A stretch of 35,948 nucleotides of DNA from a virus, in the IMG/VR virus record IMGVR_UViG_3300045988_055361; one strand, given 5' to 3'. The notes beneath the pieces are model-generated. The model did no database searches. It saw nothing but the letters and a program-made list of their open reading frames with translations, and was not told the DNA's origin. Made by a program: the position numbers and the translations under genes. Below, piece after piece: positions 1 through 7,471 of the stretch. Within the stretch, counting starts at the first letter, position 1, and each line of letters begins with the position of its first letter.

Positions 1-79
1 GAACGCAAGGCATCACCAAGACAAATCGTATTATTGAGCAAGATCTATACAGGTGAGAATCTTGAAAAGCTGTTAAGGA
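1..79. repeat. Terminal direct repeat; bases 1-79 are identical to 35870-35948, which indicates a circular or terminally redundant assembly
   Basis: Base-by-base comparison of both ends shows a 79/79 match. An ORF reads continuously across the junction. Confidence 0.95.
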
Positions 80-177
80 TGAACAATATTGAAAAGTTGG
101 AAGATATGCCGATGTCGAAGGCAAGTGAGTTGATCAGTAAGAACATGAAGCATAGAAAGGTGGACAGTCATGAGTAA
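1..177 (+). CDS. erf: ERF-family single-strand annealing protein, C-terminal part; continues from 35429..35948 across the circular junction
   Basis: Position 1 is in frame with the ORF starting at 35429. It reads ERKASPRQIVLLSKIYTGENLEKLL...KVDSHE and stops at TAA 175-177. Confidence 0.8.
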   Translation, partial: ERKASPRQIVLLSKIYTGENLEKLLRMNNIEKLEDMPMSKASELISKNMKHRKVDSHE

Positions 178-457
178 AATTGAACAATTTGTAGTATGCC
201 AGCACACTGGCAATAGTAAAAAATACCTGTTTTATTCACCTGTTTATTCCAATATTGAGGAAGGTGACGAGGTTCTGGTTGATACGCAATTCGGAGAAAA
301 AAAGGCAACCGTGCTTGCAGTTTGCATGTCATGTGGTGAGGATGTGAAAAGAGCATTGCGTGTTCTTGCAGGTGCAGAAGACGAGCCAATCAAAAGAGTT
401 ATCGGCAAATATAATTTTGTTAAATTTGACTACAGCGAGGATGAAAACAATGAATAA
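170..457 (+). CDS. Hypothetical phage protein (95 aa)
   Basis: ORF with an AAGGTGGA RBS 6 nt upstream of the ATG. It overlaps the erf stop (ATGAGTAA). No recognisable motif. Confidence 0.6.
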   Translation: MSKIEQFVVCQHTGNSKKYLFYSPVYSNIEEGDEVLVDTQFGEKKATVLAVCMSCGEDVKRALRVLAGAEDEPIKRVIGKYNFVKFDYSEDENNE

Positions 458-764
458 TATTATTGAAAGAACAGGCTCAGACGTTACTTTTTCTGAAGAA
501 GTCTGTGAGAAAATCATCAGCCTTGAGAAACAGGCGAAAGAGATTAAGAAACAGCAGGACAGCATGAAGAAAGAAATTCTTGATGCTATGCAGAAGTACG
601 GCGTATTGAAGCTCGACAACGAGTTTCTGAAGATTGCATTCATTCCAGAGCATGACACAGAAAAGTTTAACGTCAAGACTTTTAAGGAAGAGAATCCTGA
701 CGTATACGACTTGTACGCAAAAATCTCAAAAGTAAAACCATCCATCCGCATCACGGTGAAATGA
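450..764 (+). CDS. Hypothetical coiled-coil protein of the recombination module (104 aa)
   Basis: The track ORF is 360..764. The ATG at 450 has a GAGG 9 nt upstream. The N-terminal half is Lys/Glu-rich and helical. Position resembles the Gp157-like genes next to ERF/exonuclease, but that family assignment is not verified. Confidence 0.55.
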   Translation: MNNIIERTGSDVTFSEEVCEKIISLEKQAKEIKKQQDSMKKEILDAMQKYGVLKLDNEFLKIAFIPEHDTEKFNVKTFKEENPDVYDLYAKISKVKPSIRITVK

Positions 765-1354
765 TGGAGACATTCAGCATTAAAGGCGGTACGCTTGAAT
801 ATTTCGATGATACTCATACATATCTGTATGAGGGGCTTATGTTGCCAAGTGTCACGCAAATTCTTAGTGTGCGATATAAAAACGACTATGCAAGTGTACC
901 ACCTGCCGTGTTGAATAATGCGTCAAAAAGAGGCACGGCAGTACATAAGGCAATCGAGAACTTTAATGTTTCGGGCTGTGATGATGGAAGCGAAGCAGTG
1001 CGAAACTTTAAGTTTTTGCAGAAGCAATATGGATTCGAGGTTCTGGACAGCGAGTTGCCGATTGTGATTTTCAAGGATGATATGCCGATTGCGTGTGGCA
1101 GACTTGACATGACGATGTTGATTGACGGGCAGACAGGAATTGCGGATATTAAAACCGTCAGCGCATTGAATAAGGAAAAGATCGCATATCAGCTGAACTT
1201 ATACAGAATCGGATTGATGCAAAGCTACGGAGTTGATGCAAAATTCTTGAAGATCATACATCTCAGGGATGGCATCAGGAAAGTTATTGACAGCCCTGTA
1301 AACGATGGCATGGCATGGGAATTAATAGAAGAATTTTTGAATGAAAAACGATGA
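761..1354 (+). CDS. PD-(D/E)XK (RecB/Cas4-like) nuclease
   Basis: Motifs in the expected order: HTYxxxG..LPSVTQIL, GTAVHKAIE, GRLDM (D), IADIKT (D/ExK) and QLNLY (QxxxY). Confidence 0.75.
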   Translation: MMETFSIKGGTLEYFDDTHTYLYEGLMLPSVTQILSVRYKNDYASVPPAVLNNASKRGTAVHKAIENFNVSGCDDGSEAVRNFKFLQKQYGFEVLDSELPIVIFKDDMPIACGRLDMTMLIDGQTGIADIKTVSALNKEKIAYQLNLYRIGLMQSYGVDAKFLKIIHLRDGIRKVIDSPVNDGMAWELIEEFLNEKR

Positions 1355-1373
1355 AATATGAGGAGAAAAAAAT

Positions 1374-1799
1374 ATGAATAAAAGGTGTAATGAACGAGTT
1401 GAAAATGTAGATTTTGAAAAGTTAAGAAAATGTTTAAAAAATCACGGAATCAAGCAATCAGAATTATCTATAGTGTGCGGATATAATCGAAGCTATGTCA
1501 GCAAACACGTATTACGCGACCATAGCCTGAACAAACACGTTAGTAATGTATTGACTAATGCTTATAAGATTGATCCTAGCGAGTATATGGATACACAGTT
1601 AAAAGAAGTAACCAACACAGCGGATGAAATGGTCAACGCAGAAGATGATGATAGGTATACATTTGCTTTTTCGTTTGATGGGAAATTTTTAAAAAGATTG
1701 GCGCTAAAATCCATAGAAGAGAATATCTCTGTTCAGGATTTTGTGTTTAAATGCATCATCGAAGGACTTGGCGACAAAATTTCGGAGGAAAAGAAATGA
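1374..1799 (+). CDS. Putative DNA-binding protein with an N-terminal HTH-like and a C-terminal ribbon-helix-helix-like region
   Basis: GAGGAG RBS. The segment GIKQSELSIVCGYNRSYVSKHV looks HTH-like. The C-terminal segment FLKRLALKSIEENISVQDFVFKCIIEGL looks RHH-like. Confidence 0.45.
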   Translation: MNKRCNERVENVDFEKLRKCLKNHGIKQSELSIVCGYNRSYVSKHVLRDHSLNKHVSNVLTNAYKIDPSEYMDTQLKEVTNTADEMVNAEDDDRYTFAFSFDGKFLKRLALKSIEENISVQDFVFKCIIEGLGDKISEEKK

Positions 1800-2221
1800 A
1801 TACATGTGTACTTATTGGACGTACTACAAGGGACATTGAACTAAGAAGGACAGGCAATGGAACGGCTGTTGCAAGTTTCACACTTGCAGTCAACAGGGAC
1901 TTCAAGACAAATGACGGGCAGGAAGCAGATTTCATTCAGTGCGTGGCATGGAAAAAGACGGCTGAACTTTTAGAGCAGTACGTTCATAAAGGAAATAGAA
2001 TTGCAGTTAATGGCTCTATCAGAACAAGGAATTATGAAGATACTCATGGGAGAACAGTGTATGTTACAGAAGTGTTGGTTAATCATGTTGAGTTCCTAGA
2101 AACTAAGAACCGTGAAATGCCATCTGATAGCCCTAGTGTTCAAAATAATAGCAATCCTTATAATGGCTTGGGGAATCCAGGATACGGATACGATATAGAT
2201 TCGTCTGATTTACCATTCTAG
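1796..2221 (+). CDS. ssb: Single-stranded DNA-binding protein
   Basis: OB-fold SSB signature (MNTCVLIGRTTRDIELRRTGNGTAVASFTLAVNR...ADFIQCVAWKKTAE) and an acidic C-terminal tip, DIDSSDLPF. The ATG at 1796 overlaps the upstream stop (ATGA). Confidence 0.9.
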   Translation: MNTCVLIGRTTRDIELRRTGNGTAVASFTLAVNRDFKTNDGQEADFIQCVAWKKTAELLEQYVHKGNRIAVNGSIRTRNYEDTHGRTVYVTEVLVNHVEFLETKNREMPSDSPSVQNNSNPYNGLGNPGYGYDIDSSDLPF

Positions 2222-2232
2222 GTTGTAATGGC

Positions 2233-2682
2233 ATGATAGGAAATGCGAAAGCTATCATCCAGTGGTTGTTCGACCAGCAGGATGCAGAAAAACTGTATGA
2301 GATCAAAGAGAAGAAATCGAAAAGATCATTGACAGCCAATGCGTACTACTGGTCTTTACTCAACCAACTGGCTAGCGTTATGAGAATGGATAACCAAGAA
2401 TGCCACTTTCTTATGCTTAAACGATATGGGCAGTATGAGGTTGTTAGCATTCGCTCAGATGTGAGCCTACAAGGATTTTTCAAGTATTATGAGGAGATAG
2501 GCAAAGGAACGGTAAACGGCAATGAGTTCACGCATTACAAGATTTATAAAGGCAGTTCTCAGATGGATTCTAAGGAGTTTGCTATATTGCTTGATGGCGT
2601 AAGAAGCGAATGCGAAGAGGTAGGAATACCGACGCTTACTCCTTCAGAAATTGCACAGCTTAAATTTATAGGGGGTGATTAA
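2233..2682 (+). CDS. NinB/Orf-like recombination mediator (NinB / HNHc_6-like family)
   Basis: KRSLTANAYYWSLLNQLA resembles the lambda NinB core RSLDQNRKLWACLGDV. The later segment SSQMDSKEFAILLDGVRSECEEVGI resembles STSRMRVGEFAELLELIQAFG. Confidence 0.55.
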   Translation: MIGNAKAIIQWLFDQQDAEKLYEIKEKKSKRSLTANAYYWSLLNQLASVMRMDNQECHFLMLKRYGQYEVVSIRSDVSLQGFFKYYEEIGKGTVNGNEFTHYKIYKGSSQMDSKEFAILLDGVRSECEEVGIPTLTPSEIAQLKFIGGD

Positions 2683-2997
2683 TTGAGAGATTCAATTATG
2701 CCTAATGGCATGTATCAGGCTAACGGCCACACATATTATTACAGCAATCAGCGTTATGAGGGCACACATAGGCATGAGATTTTTTTCGGCACTGCCAACA
2801 GGAAAAAATCAATCAAGTATGGTCTTGTCGTATTCATCAGACCTGAAGATCACAACATGTCTGAGTATGGCGTGCATTGCAGAAAAGGGCATGAATTTGA
2901 TATGTATCTGAAAAAGTTGGGGCAGGAACGAGCGATGGACGAGTATGCATGGACAACAGATGAATTTATCGACATTTTCGGAAAATCTTATCTTTGA
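2683..2997 (+). CDS. Small conserved phage protein, possibly a degenerate HNH / RecA-dependent-nuclease-like (Ref-like) protein
   Basis: The HRHEIFFGTANRKKSIKYGLVV...GVH...LKK...Q...EFIDIFGKSYL pattern recalls small phage HNH-like proteins. TTG start at 2683 follows a GGGGGTGA RBS, with an alternative ATG at 2698. Confidence 0.4.
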   Translation: MRDSIMPNGMYQANGHTYYYSNQRYEGTHRHEIFFGTANRKKSIKYGLVVFIRPEDHNMSEYGVHCRKGHEFDMYLKKLGQERAMDEYAWTTDEFIDIFGKSYL

Positions 2998-3007
2998 GGT
3001 GACTTAT

Positions 3008-3406
3008 TTGTACAGAAAGTATCACAACACGAAGACGATTGCTGATGGCATCAAGTTTGATTCAAAGCTTGAAGCTGAACGGTATGCTCAGTTGAAGATT
3101 CTGGAACGTGCGGGGGTTATAAGAGGGTTGGAATTACAGCCTTCTTTTGAGCTTATACCATCATTCAAGAAGAATGGCAAGACATGGCGTAGAACCGTGT
3201 ATAAAGCCGATTTCAGGTACATCTTGTGTGAAGATGATAGTTATATCATCGAAGACGTAAAAGGCTCTACAGCGGTAATTACGGACGTTTTCCGTTTAAA
3301 GCAAAAACTATTCGAATATAAATATCCAGACTACACAATCAGCATCGTTACGAGTAAAGACATCAAGAAGTTTCAAAAAGAAACGAAAGTCGGCAAAATG
3401 TGTTGA
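3008..3406 (+). CDS. DUF1064-family protein (PD-(D/E)XK-fold, Holliday-junction-resolvase-like)
   Basis: KYHNTKTIADGIKFDSKLEAERYAQLKILERAGVIRGLELQPSF...YKADFRY...IEDVKG matches the DUF1064 pattern. TTG at 3008 lies 6 nt after GAGGTGA. The track ORF extends back to 2945. Confidence 0.7.
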   Translation: MYRKYHNTKTIADGIKFDSKLEAERYAQLKILERAGVIRGLELQPSFELIPSFKKNGKTWRRTVYKADFRYILCEDDSYIIEDVKGSTAVITDVFRLKQKLFEYKYPDYTISIVTSKDIKKFQKETKVGKMC

Positions 3407-3431
3407 CTTAATCATATTATGATGATAGTAT
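3403..3431 (+). promoter_or_regulatory. Sigma-70-type promoter upstream of the replication module (TTGACT-N17-TAGTAT)
   Basis: TTGACT at 3403-3408, a 17-nt spacer containing ATATTATGA (shared with the promoters at 4405 and 5514), and TAGTAT at 3426-3431. A TGTTTCAAAAAGAAAC-type box at 3370-3384 precedes it. Confidence 0.5.
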
Positions 3432-3456
3432 TAAAGAGTAGTAAAAATCTACACCA

Positions 3457-3564
3457 CCTATTCAGTAGTTCGCGCCTGCTGAATGGCATGGCATGAAATT
3501 GAATAGGTACAGCAGACCGTATAGCATTTAGAGCGCGAAACTAAATGTTATACGGTTTTCTGCT
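3457..3564 (+). ncRNA. Structured leader with two stem-loops whose loops are mutually complementary (TTCGCGC / GCGCGAA)
   Basis: Hairpin 1 spans 3457-3486: an 11-bp stem with one bulge and one G-T pair, and loop TTCGCGC at 3469-3475. Hairpin 2 spans 3511-3564: 6+15-bp stems, with loop AGCGCGAAA at 3532-3540. The region has no ORF and lies between promoter 3403-3431 and the rep gene. Confidence 0.45.
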
Positions 3565-3620
3565 ATTAGAAAGGCAATCACATGACAAATTGTAAAGCAG
3601 AAAAGAAAGGAAATAAAAAC

Positions 3621-4370
3621 ATGAGCAAAGTAAAAGAAGAGAATTATATCAGCATATCTGGTTGGATGGTTACAAGGCTAGGGCTGAAAGGAAACGAGCT
3701 TCTTGTGTATGCGATCATATATGGATTTTCACAGGATGATGAGACAAGGTTCACAGGCAGTCTACAATATCTTGCGGATTGGACAAATTCAACAAAGCAA
3801 AGCTGCATAAAATGCCTAAAGTCATTGGCTGAAAAAGGATATATCACAAAGTATGAAAAGATCGTGAATGGTGTAAAGTTTTGCGAATATCAAGCAGTTA
3901 AACTTAAGTCTATGGTAGTAAACAAAGTTGAACATGGTATTAAACAAAGTTTAACGGGGGGTATTAAACAAAGTTCACCTAATATTCTAGATAATAATAC
4001 TCTAGATAATAATATAGTTAGTAAGAAAGAAAGAAAGAGCAAGTCGAAATCGTATGATGAACAGATTGCAGGATATACACAAAATGAAGAACTTCAAAAT
4101 GCATTGAAAGCATTTGTACAGATGAGATCATTTATCAAGAAACCTATGACAGAGTATGCTTTTAAACTCATGTTGAAGAAACTTGATGAACTGGGGAATA
4201 ACGACACGACAAAGATTGCTATTCTTAATCAGTCAATAACGCATAACTGGCAAGGAATCTTCCCTTTGAAGAATGAATATACAAAGCAGGAGAAACAGCC
4301 AGAGAAGAAATACGACCAGAATGGCTACGAATCCGAAGAGGATCTCATGAAAATGTTCTACGGTAAATAA
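3621..4370 (+). CDS. Replication initiation / replisome organiser protein (N-terminal winged-helix, DnaD-like C-terminal domain)
   Basis: The N-terminus (LKGNELLVYAIIYGFSQDDETRFTGSLQYLADWTNSTKQSCIKCLKSLAEKGYI) is typical of phage Rep/HTH_36. The C-terminus (AFVQMRSFIKKPMTEYAFKLMLKKLDEL...ILNQSITHNWQGIF) looks DnaD-like. ATG at 3621, with an alternative at 3582. Confidence 0.7.
   Translation: MSKVKEENYISISGWMVTRLGLKGNELLVYAIIYGFSQDDETRFTGSLQYLADWTNSTKQSCIKCLKSLAEKGYITKYEKIVNGVKFCEYQAVKLKSMVVNKVEHGIKQSLTGGIKQSSPNILDNNTLDNNIVSKKERKSKSKSYDEQIAGYTQNEELQNALKAFVQMRSFIKKPMTEYAFKLMLKKLDELGNNDTTKIAILNQSITHNWQGIFPLKNEYTKQEKQPEKKYDQNGYESEEDLMKMFYGK
3919..4014 (+). repeat. Iteron-like direct repeats inside the rep gene linker; candidate origin of replication
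   Basis: TAAACAAAGTT occurs at 3919, 3941 and 3965 (spacing 22 and 24 bp). The last two copies extend to GGTATTAAACAAAGTT. TCTAGATAATAATA follows at 3986 and 4001, and the region is AT-rich. Confidence 0.5.
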
Positions 4371-4436
4371 TGTTTCAAAAAGAAACAAAATGTGATAAAA
4401 AGTATTGCAATCGTTATTATATTATGATATTATAAT
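4371..4436 (+). promoter_or_regulatory. 66-bp promoter module, copy 1: palindromic TGTTTCAAAAAGAAACA box plus TTGCAA-N17-TATTAT
   Basis: Near-identical to 5480-5545. Box at 4371-4387, -35 at 4405-4410 and -10 at 4428-4433. It starts right after the rep stop codon. Confidence 0.6.
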
Positions 4437-4463
4437 GTTGTAGAAAGAGAGAGGTACAAAGAT

Positions 4464-4622
4464 ATGACATACGAACAAGCAGTTGAAAAAGCATACAGAA
4501 ATAGGAACTGGTCAGATGGTTACATCGTTGAAAAAGATGGCGATTACGAAGTCGCTTACAATGGCCATGATCTCGAATGCGCAATGGCTAATGGATGGAA
4601 ATTTGTAGGTTTGAGCAAGTAA
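4464..4622 (+). CDS. Hypothetical small protein (52 aa; below the ORF-track cut-off)
   Basis: ATG at 4464 preceded by AGAGAGAGG. Reads MTYEQAVEKAYRNRNWSDGYIVEKDGDYEVAYNGHDLECAMANGWKFVGLSK and stops at TAA 4620-4622. It fills the gap between the promoter and the loader gene. Confidence 0.5.
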   Translation: MTYEQAVEKAYRNRNWSDGYIVEKDGDYEVAYNGHDLECAMANGWKFVGLSK

Positions 4623-4656
4623 GAAAGAACATGAAAATATTAGGAGGAACAGAAAA

Positions 4657-5478
4657 ATGAAAAGCATATACGATATATTTAAGAATGAAAATCCGACGGT
4701 GGAAGCGATAAAGCGTATGCTTGCCACTTGTGATGAATCGGAGTATATCAAAGGTAATATGATTTACTGCAAAAAATGCAATGAGCCACGAAGAGAATGG
4801 CTGTCGCTGATTGGTGGATATGTTCCAGTGATGTGTTCATGCATGATTGCAGAGCAAAAGAAACAGGACAGACTGGCACGAATTGAAAAATACAGGAACA
4901 CAGGCTTTCCTGACAGAGGACTTCAGAAATGCCGATTTGATAACGACGATCATAAGTCAAAGAAGGCTAGCGACATGTGTAGGAATTATGCCAAAAAATT
5001 TGAAGATTTCAGAAAAGCAGGTAAAGGGCTTATTCTGTTTGGCGGAGTTGGAACAGGCAAGACGTTTCTTGCATCATGCATTGCAAATGAATTGATTGAC
5101 AATGGTATGCCGTGTCTTGTGACAAATTTTGCACGTATCATCAATACATTGCAGGGAATGTATGAAGGAAAGCAGAAATATCTGGACAGCCTGAACGAGT
5201 TTGATCTTCTGGTCATTGATGATCTGGGGATTGAGCGAAACACGGAGTTCGTAAACGAGCTGGTGTATAACATCATTGATGCAAGATACAGAAGCGGAAA
5301 GCCGATGATCATTACAACGAATCTTAAATATTCAGATCTGTACCATACAGAAGATACAAGCAAAGCCAGAATCTACAGCCGTATTATTGAAATGTGTCTT
5401 CCTGTACTTGTCAGCGGAGAGGATAGAAGAAAGAGCAAGATGCAGGACTCAAGACTGATGGATATATTAAATGGTTAA
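4657..5478 (+). CDS. DnaC/IstB-like AAA+ ATPase (helicase loader) with an N-terminal Cys-rich region
   Basis: Walker A (LFGGVGTGKTFLASCIANE), Walker B (FDLLVIDDLGIE) and sensor-like PMIITTNL. The N-terminus carries CKKCN...MCSC. AGGAGG RBS. Confidence 0.85.
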   Translation: MKSIYDIFKNENPTVEAIKRMLATCDESEYIKGNMIYCKKCNEPRREWLSLIGGYVPVMCSCMIAEQKKQDRLARIEKYRNTGFPDRGLQKCRFDNDDHKSKKASDMCRNYAKKFEDFRKAGKGLILFGGVGTGKTFLASCIANELIDNGMPCLVTNFARIINTLQGMYEGKQKYLDSLNEFDLLVIDDLGIERNTEFVNELVYNIIDARYRSGKPMIITTNLKYSDLYHTEDTSKARIYSRIIEMCLPVLVSGEDRRKSKMQDSRLMDILNG

Positions 5479-5479
5479 A

Positions 5480-5545
5480 TGTTTCAAAAAGAAACAAAAT
5501 GCGATAAAAAGTATTGCAATAGTTACCATATTATGGTATTATAAT
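5480..5545 (+). promoter_or_regulatory. 66-bp promoter module, copy 2
   Basis: Box at 5480-5496, TTGCAA at 5514-5519 and TATTAT at 5537-5542. It differs from copy 1 at only a few positions. Confidence 0.6.
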
Positions 5546-5586
5546 AATGCAAAGAGGGAAGGGAAATCCCCAAGGAGGAACGTAAA

Positions 5587-6063
5587 ATGTTAAATGCAGA
5601 AAAGTATAAGGATGAGTTGTTAAAAGTTATCAACGAGAATGAACAAGATTTTATCGCCTTTGATGACAGAGATAATAGCGTTAAAAATTGTAATACAATG
5701 GTATGCAAGGATTGCAAATTTACTAGAACCAAAGCAAAAGCGCTGTGTACACAAACTAAATTGAAGTGGCTTCTGTCTGAATATAAAGAGCCTATCAAGT
5801 TAACTAAATTAGAATATGATATTTTGAAACATCTTTCAGACAATACAAAATATTTGTACATTACAAGAGACAGATGCAACGGGCTTTTTCTTTACGGCAT
5901 GGAGCCAACTAAAGGTGATGGCTATTGGAATGGCAAATATTATGCTGGCATGTCAGCGTTTAATAAATTATTCCAATTCATTCAGTGGGAAGACGAGAAA
6001 CCCACTTCAATTAAAGAGGTTTTAGAAAATTGTGTTGTTGAGAATATTAAGGAGGAACAATAA
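5587..6063 (+). CDS. Hypothetical protein (158 aa)
   Basis: AAGGAGG RBS and a long ORF. No recognisable motif. Confidence 0.6.
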   Translation: MLNAEKYKDELLKVINENEQDFIAFDDRDNSVKNCNTMVCKDCKFTRTKAKALCTQTKLKWLLSEYKEPIKLTKLEYDILKHLSDNTKYLYITRDRCNGLFLYGMEPTKGDGYWNGKYYAGMSAFNKLFQFIQWEDEKPTSIKEVLENCVVENIKEEQ

Positions 6064-6064
6064 T

Positions 6065-6520
6065 ATGCCAAATTGGTGCGTTGGAAATTTAAGAGTTCGT
6101 GGAACAAAAGAAAATATGACAAAATTCATTCTTGAAGGTTTGCATCCTGTTGGATTTCTTGGTGAAGAACATCCAAAGTTATCGGTAAATGAATATGGTG
6201 ACATTGATTCAAATGAAACATGTTGGATTGAAAACACAAGAAGGGGATTTGTAAAAGGTGTAGAAGTTTATCTTTCTGAATATGAAAATGATGAAATCTT
6301 TGTTGCAGTCTTTGATTCTAAATTTGCATGGGGAATTTCAGCAGATGAACTTCTGAAAACATGTAAAAAATATCATGTTGATATGAAAATACATGGTTTT
6401 GAAAAAGAAATGGAATTCAATCAAATCATTGAAATTGTTGATGGAAAAATTCTGAAAGATGAAGAACTTAACTTTGAAGATTATCAATGGGACTGTATCT
6501 GTCCAGACATAGGAGGATAA
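6065..6520 (+). CDS. Hypothetical protein with an MPNWC N-terminus (possibly DUF1281 / Api92-like ferredoxin-like domain)
   Basis: ATG at 6065 follows AAGGAGGAAC. The N-terminus MPNWCVGNLRVRGTKENMTKF resembles the MxNWCxNxLxxxG family seen on phages and plasmids. This is from memory and not verified. Confidence 0.5.
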   Translation: MPNWCVGNLRVRGTKENMTKFILEGLHPVGFLGEEHPKLSVNEYGDIDSNETCWIENTRRGFVKGVEVYLSEYENDEIFVAVFDSKFAWGISADELLKTCKKYHVDMKIHGFEKEMEFNQIIEIVDGKILKDEELNFEDYQWDCICPDIGG

Positions 6521-6526
6521 AAATAG

Positions 6527-6889
6527 ATGGAACCACAGGAATTATATAAGATATTCGATACTATTGTGTCGAATTGCTCTTCACTTGAAAATGTATGCGA
6601 TACATGGGGTGATCAGCACATGCTCACTGTCGCAATGGAAGAAAACGCCGAATTGATACAAGCAATATCTAAAATAAAACGTAATGGATTCGACCCAATC
6701 AATGCTTCACATTTAGATGAAGAAACTGCAGATGTATTGATATGTATCTGTGAGTTATTTGTGATGGATTATCTAGATGTCCATGAAATTGCTAAAATCA
6801 TAGAAAGAAAAGTAGAAAGATCTATACAAAGAACTCAGGACTATGTAAAGAAATTAGAAGAGGAGGCTAAGTATAATGGCAGTTTTTAG
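6527..6889 (+). CDS. MazG-like nucleotide pyrophosphohydrolase
   Basis: Paired acidic helices, EENAELIQAI and LDEETADVLICICEL (the EExxE...ExxD pattern of all-alpha NTP-PPases). AGGAGGA RBS. Confidence 0.6.
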   Translation: MEPQELYKIFDTIVSNCSSLENVCDTWGDQHMLTVAMEENAELIQAISKIKRNGFDPINASHLDEETADVLICICELFVMDYLDVHEIAKIIERKVERSIQRTQDYVKKLEEEAKYNGSF

Positions 6890-7208
6890 TGCAGAAAAGG
6901 TTCAGGAAATTGTAGAAGAAAAGGAAGCTGAATATAAGAAGCTAGAAGAAAAATATTCATATTTGAAAGAAGAACTAGAAGATTTAAAGGCTGAATATGA
7001 AGATTTAGAAGATAGATGCAAAAGTTATGAAAAAGCAAACAAGTGTTTGCTAGCTATCTGCAACCAAGATGAAGAAAAGATTGAAGATCTTCATAAATTC
7101 AATAGAAAACTTGTTAAAAGCAATAAAACAGCTAACAGAGATTTCTTTATTCTTGCAGTAGCCTATGCTTCTACACTGATGCTGATGATTTACTTGTTTA
7201 TCAGATAA
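6876..7208 (+). CDS. Hypothetical coiled-coil protein with a C-terminal transmembrane anchor
   Basis: Glu/Lys-rich heptad-like sequence, then FFILAVAYASTLMLMIYLFI. GAGGAGG RBS. Confidence 0.55.
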   Translation: MAVFSAEKVQEIVEEKEAEYKKLEEKYSYLKEELEDLKAEYEDLEDRCKSYEKANKCLLAICNQDEEKIEDLHKFNRKLVKSNKTANRDFFILAVAYASTLMLMIYLFIR

Positions 7209-7224
7209 AAAAGGAATGATACAG

Positions 7225-7389
7225 ATGTTTTTATTACACATATTAGAAAACGTATTTTCTATATTTGCTATTACCGTGCTTATTCTTTGTGTTCTTATTG
7301 TAATATTAGTAATTGCTATTGCAATATTCGTTATAATGTCGGTAATTGTAAATGGACTTGCAGAAGATAAGGAGAACAATAACTTATGA
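7225..7389 (+). CDS. Small hydrophobic membrane protein (54 aa; below the ORF-track cut-off)
   Basis: ATG at 7225 follows AAAGGAATGA. Reads MFLLHILENVFSIFAITVLILCVLIVILVIAIAIFVIMSVIVNGLAEDKENNNL and stops at TGA 7387-7389. Confidence 0.45.
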   Translation: MFLLHILENVFSIFAITVLILCVLIVILVIAIAIFVIMSVIVNGLAEDKENNNL

Positions 7390-7471
7390 CAATAACAGAG
7401 CGTACAATTACGGCATTGATCACTGTATAAGTGCTATTGAAAAAATTTTAAAAAATGCGAGGTGGCTGAAG

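Noticed and set aside
329-859. 176-aa minus-strand ORF, and many similar antisense ORFs in the track (e.g. 4986..5363, 5523..5879, 7050..7379, 8774..9079, 11212..11586, 19066..19449, 21936..22340, 30664..31122).
   Set aside because: All lie antisense to well-supported + strand genes. They lack an RBS, have odd low-complexity or hydrophobic composition, and break the otherwise uniform + strand operon structure. I treat them as shadow ORFs.
3457-3490. A tRNA-like impression from GTTCGCGCC (T-loop-like) in the 3406-3581 gap.
   Set aside because: I could not build an acceptor stem, D-arm or anticodon arm, and the GTTCRANYC context is absent. The sequence is better explained as the loop of hairpin 1.
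3919-4014. Short regularly spaced direct repeats, considered as a mini-CRISPR array.
   Set aside because: The repeats are only 11-16 bp with 22-24-bp periodicity. They lie inside an intact coding frame, translating to repeated peptide motifs, and no cas genes are present. They are iteron-like, not CRISPR.
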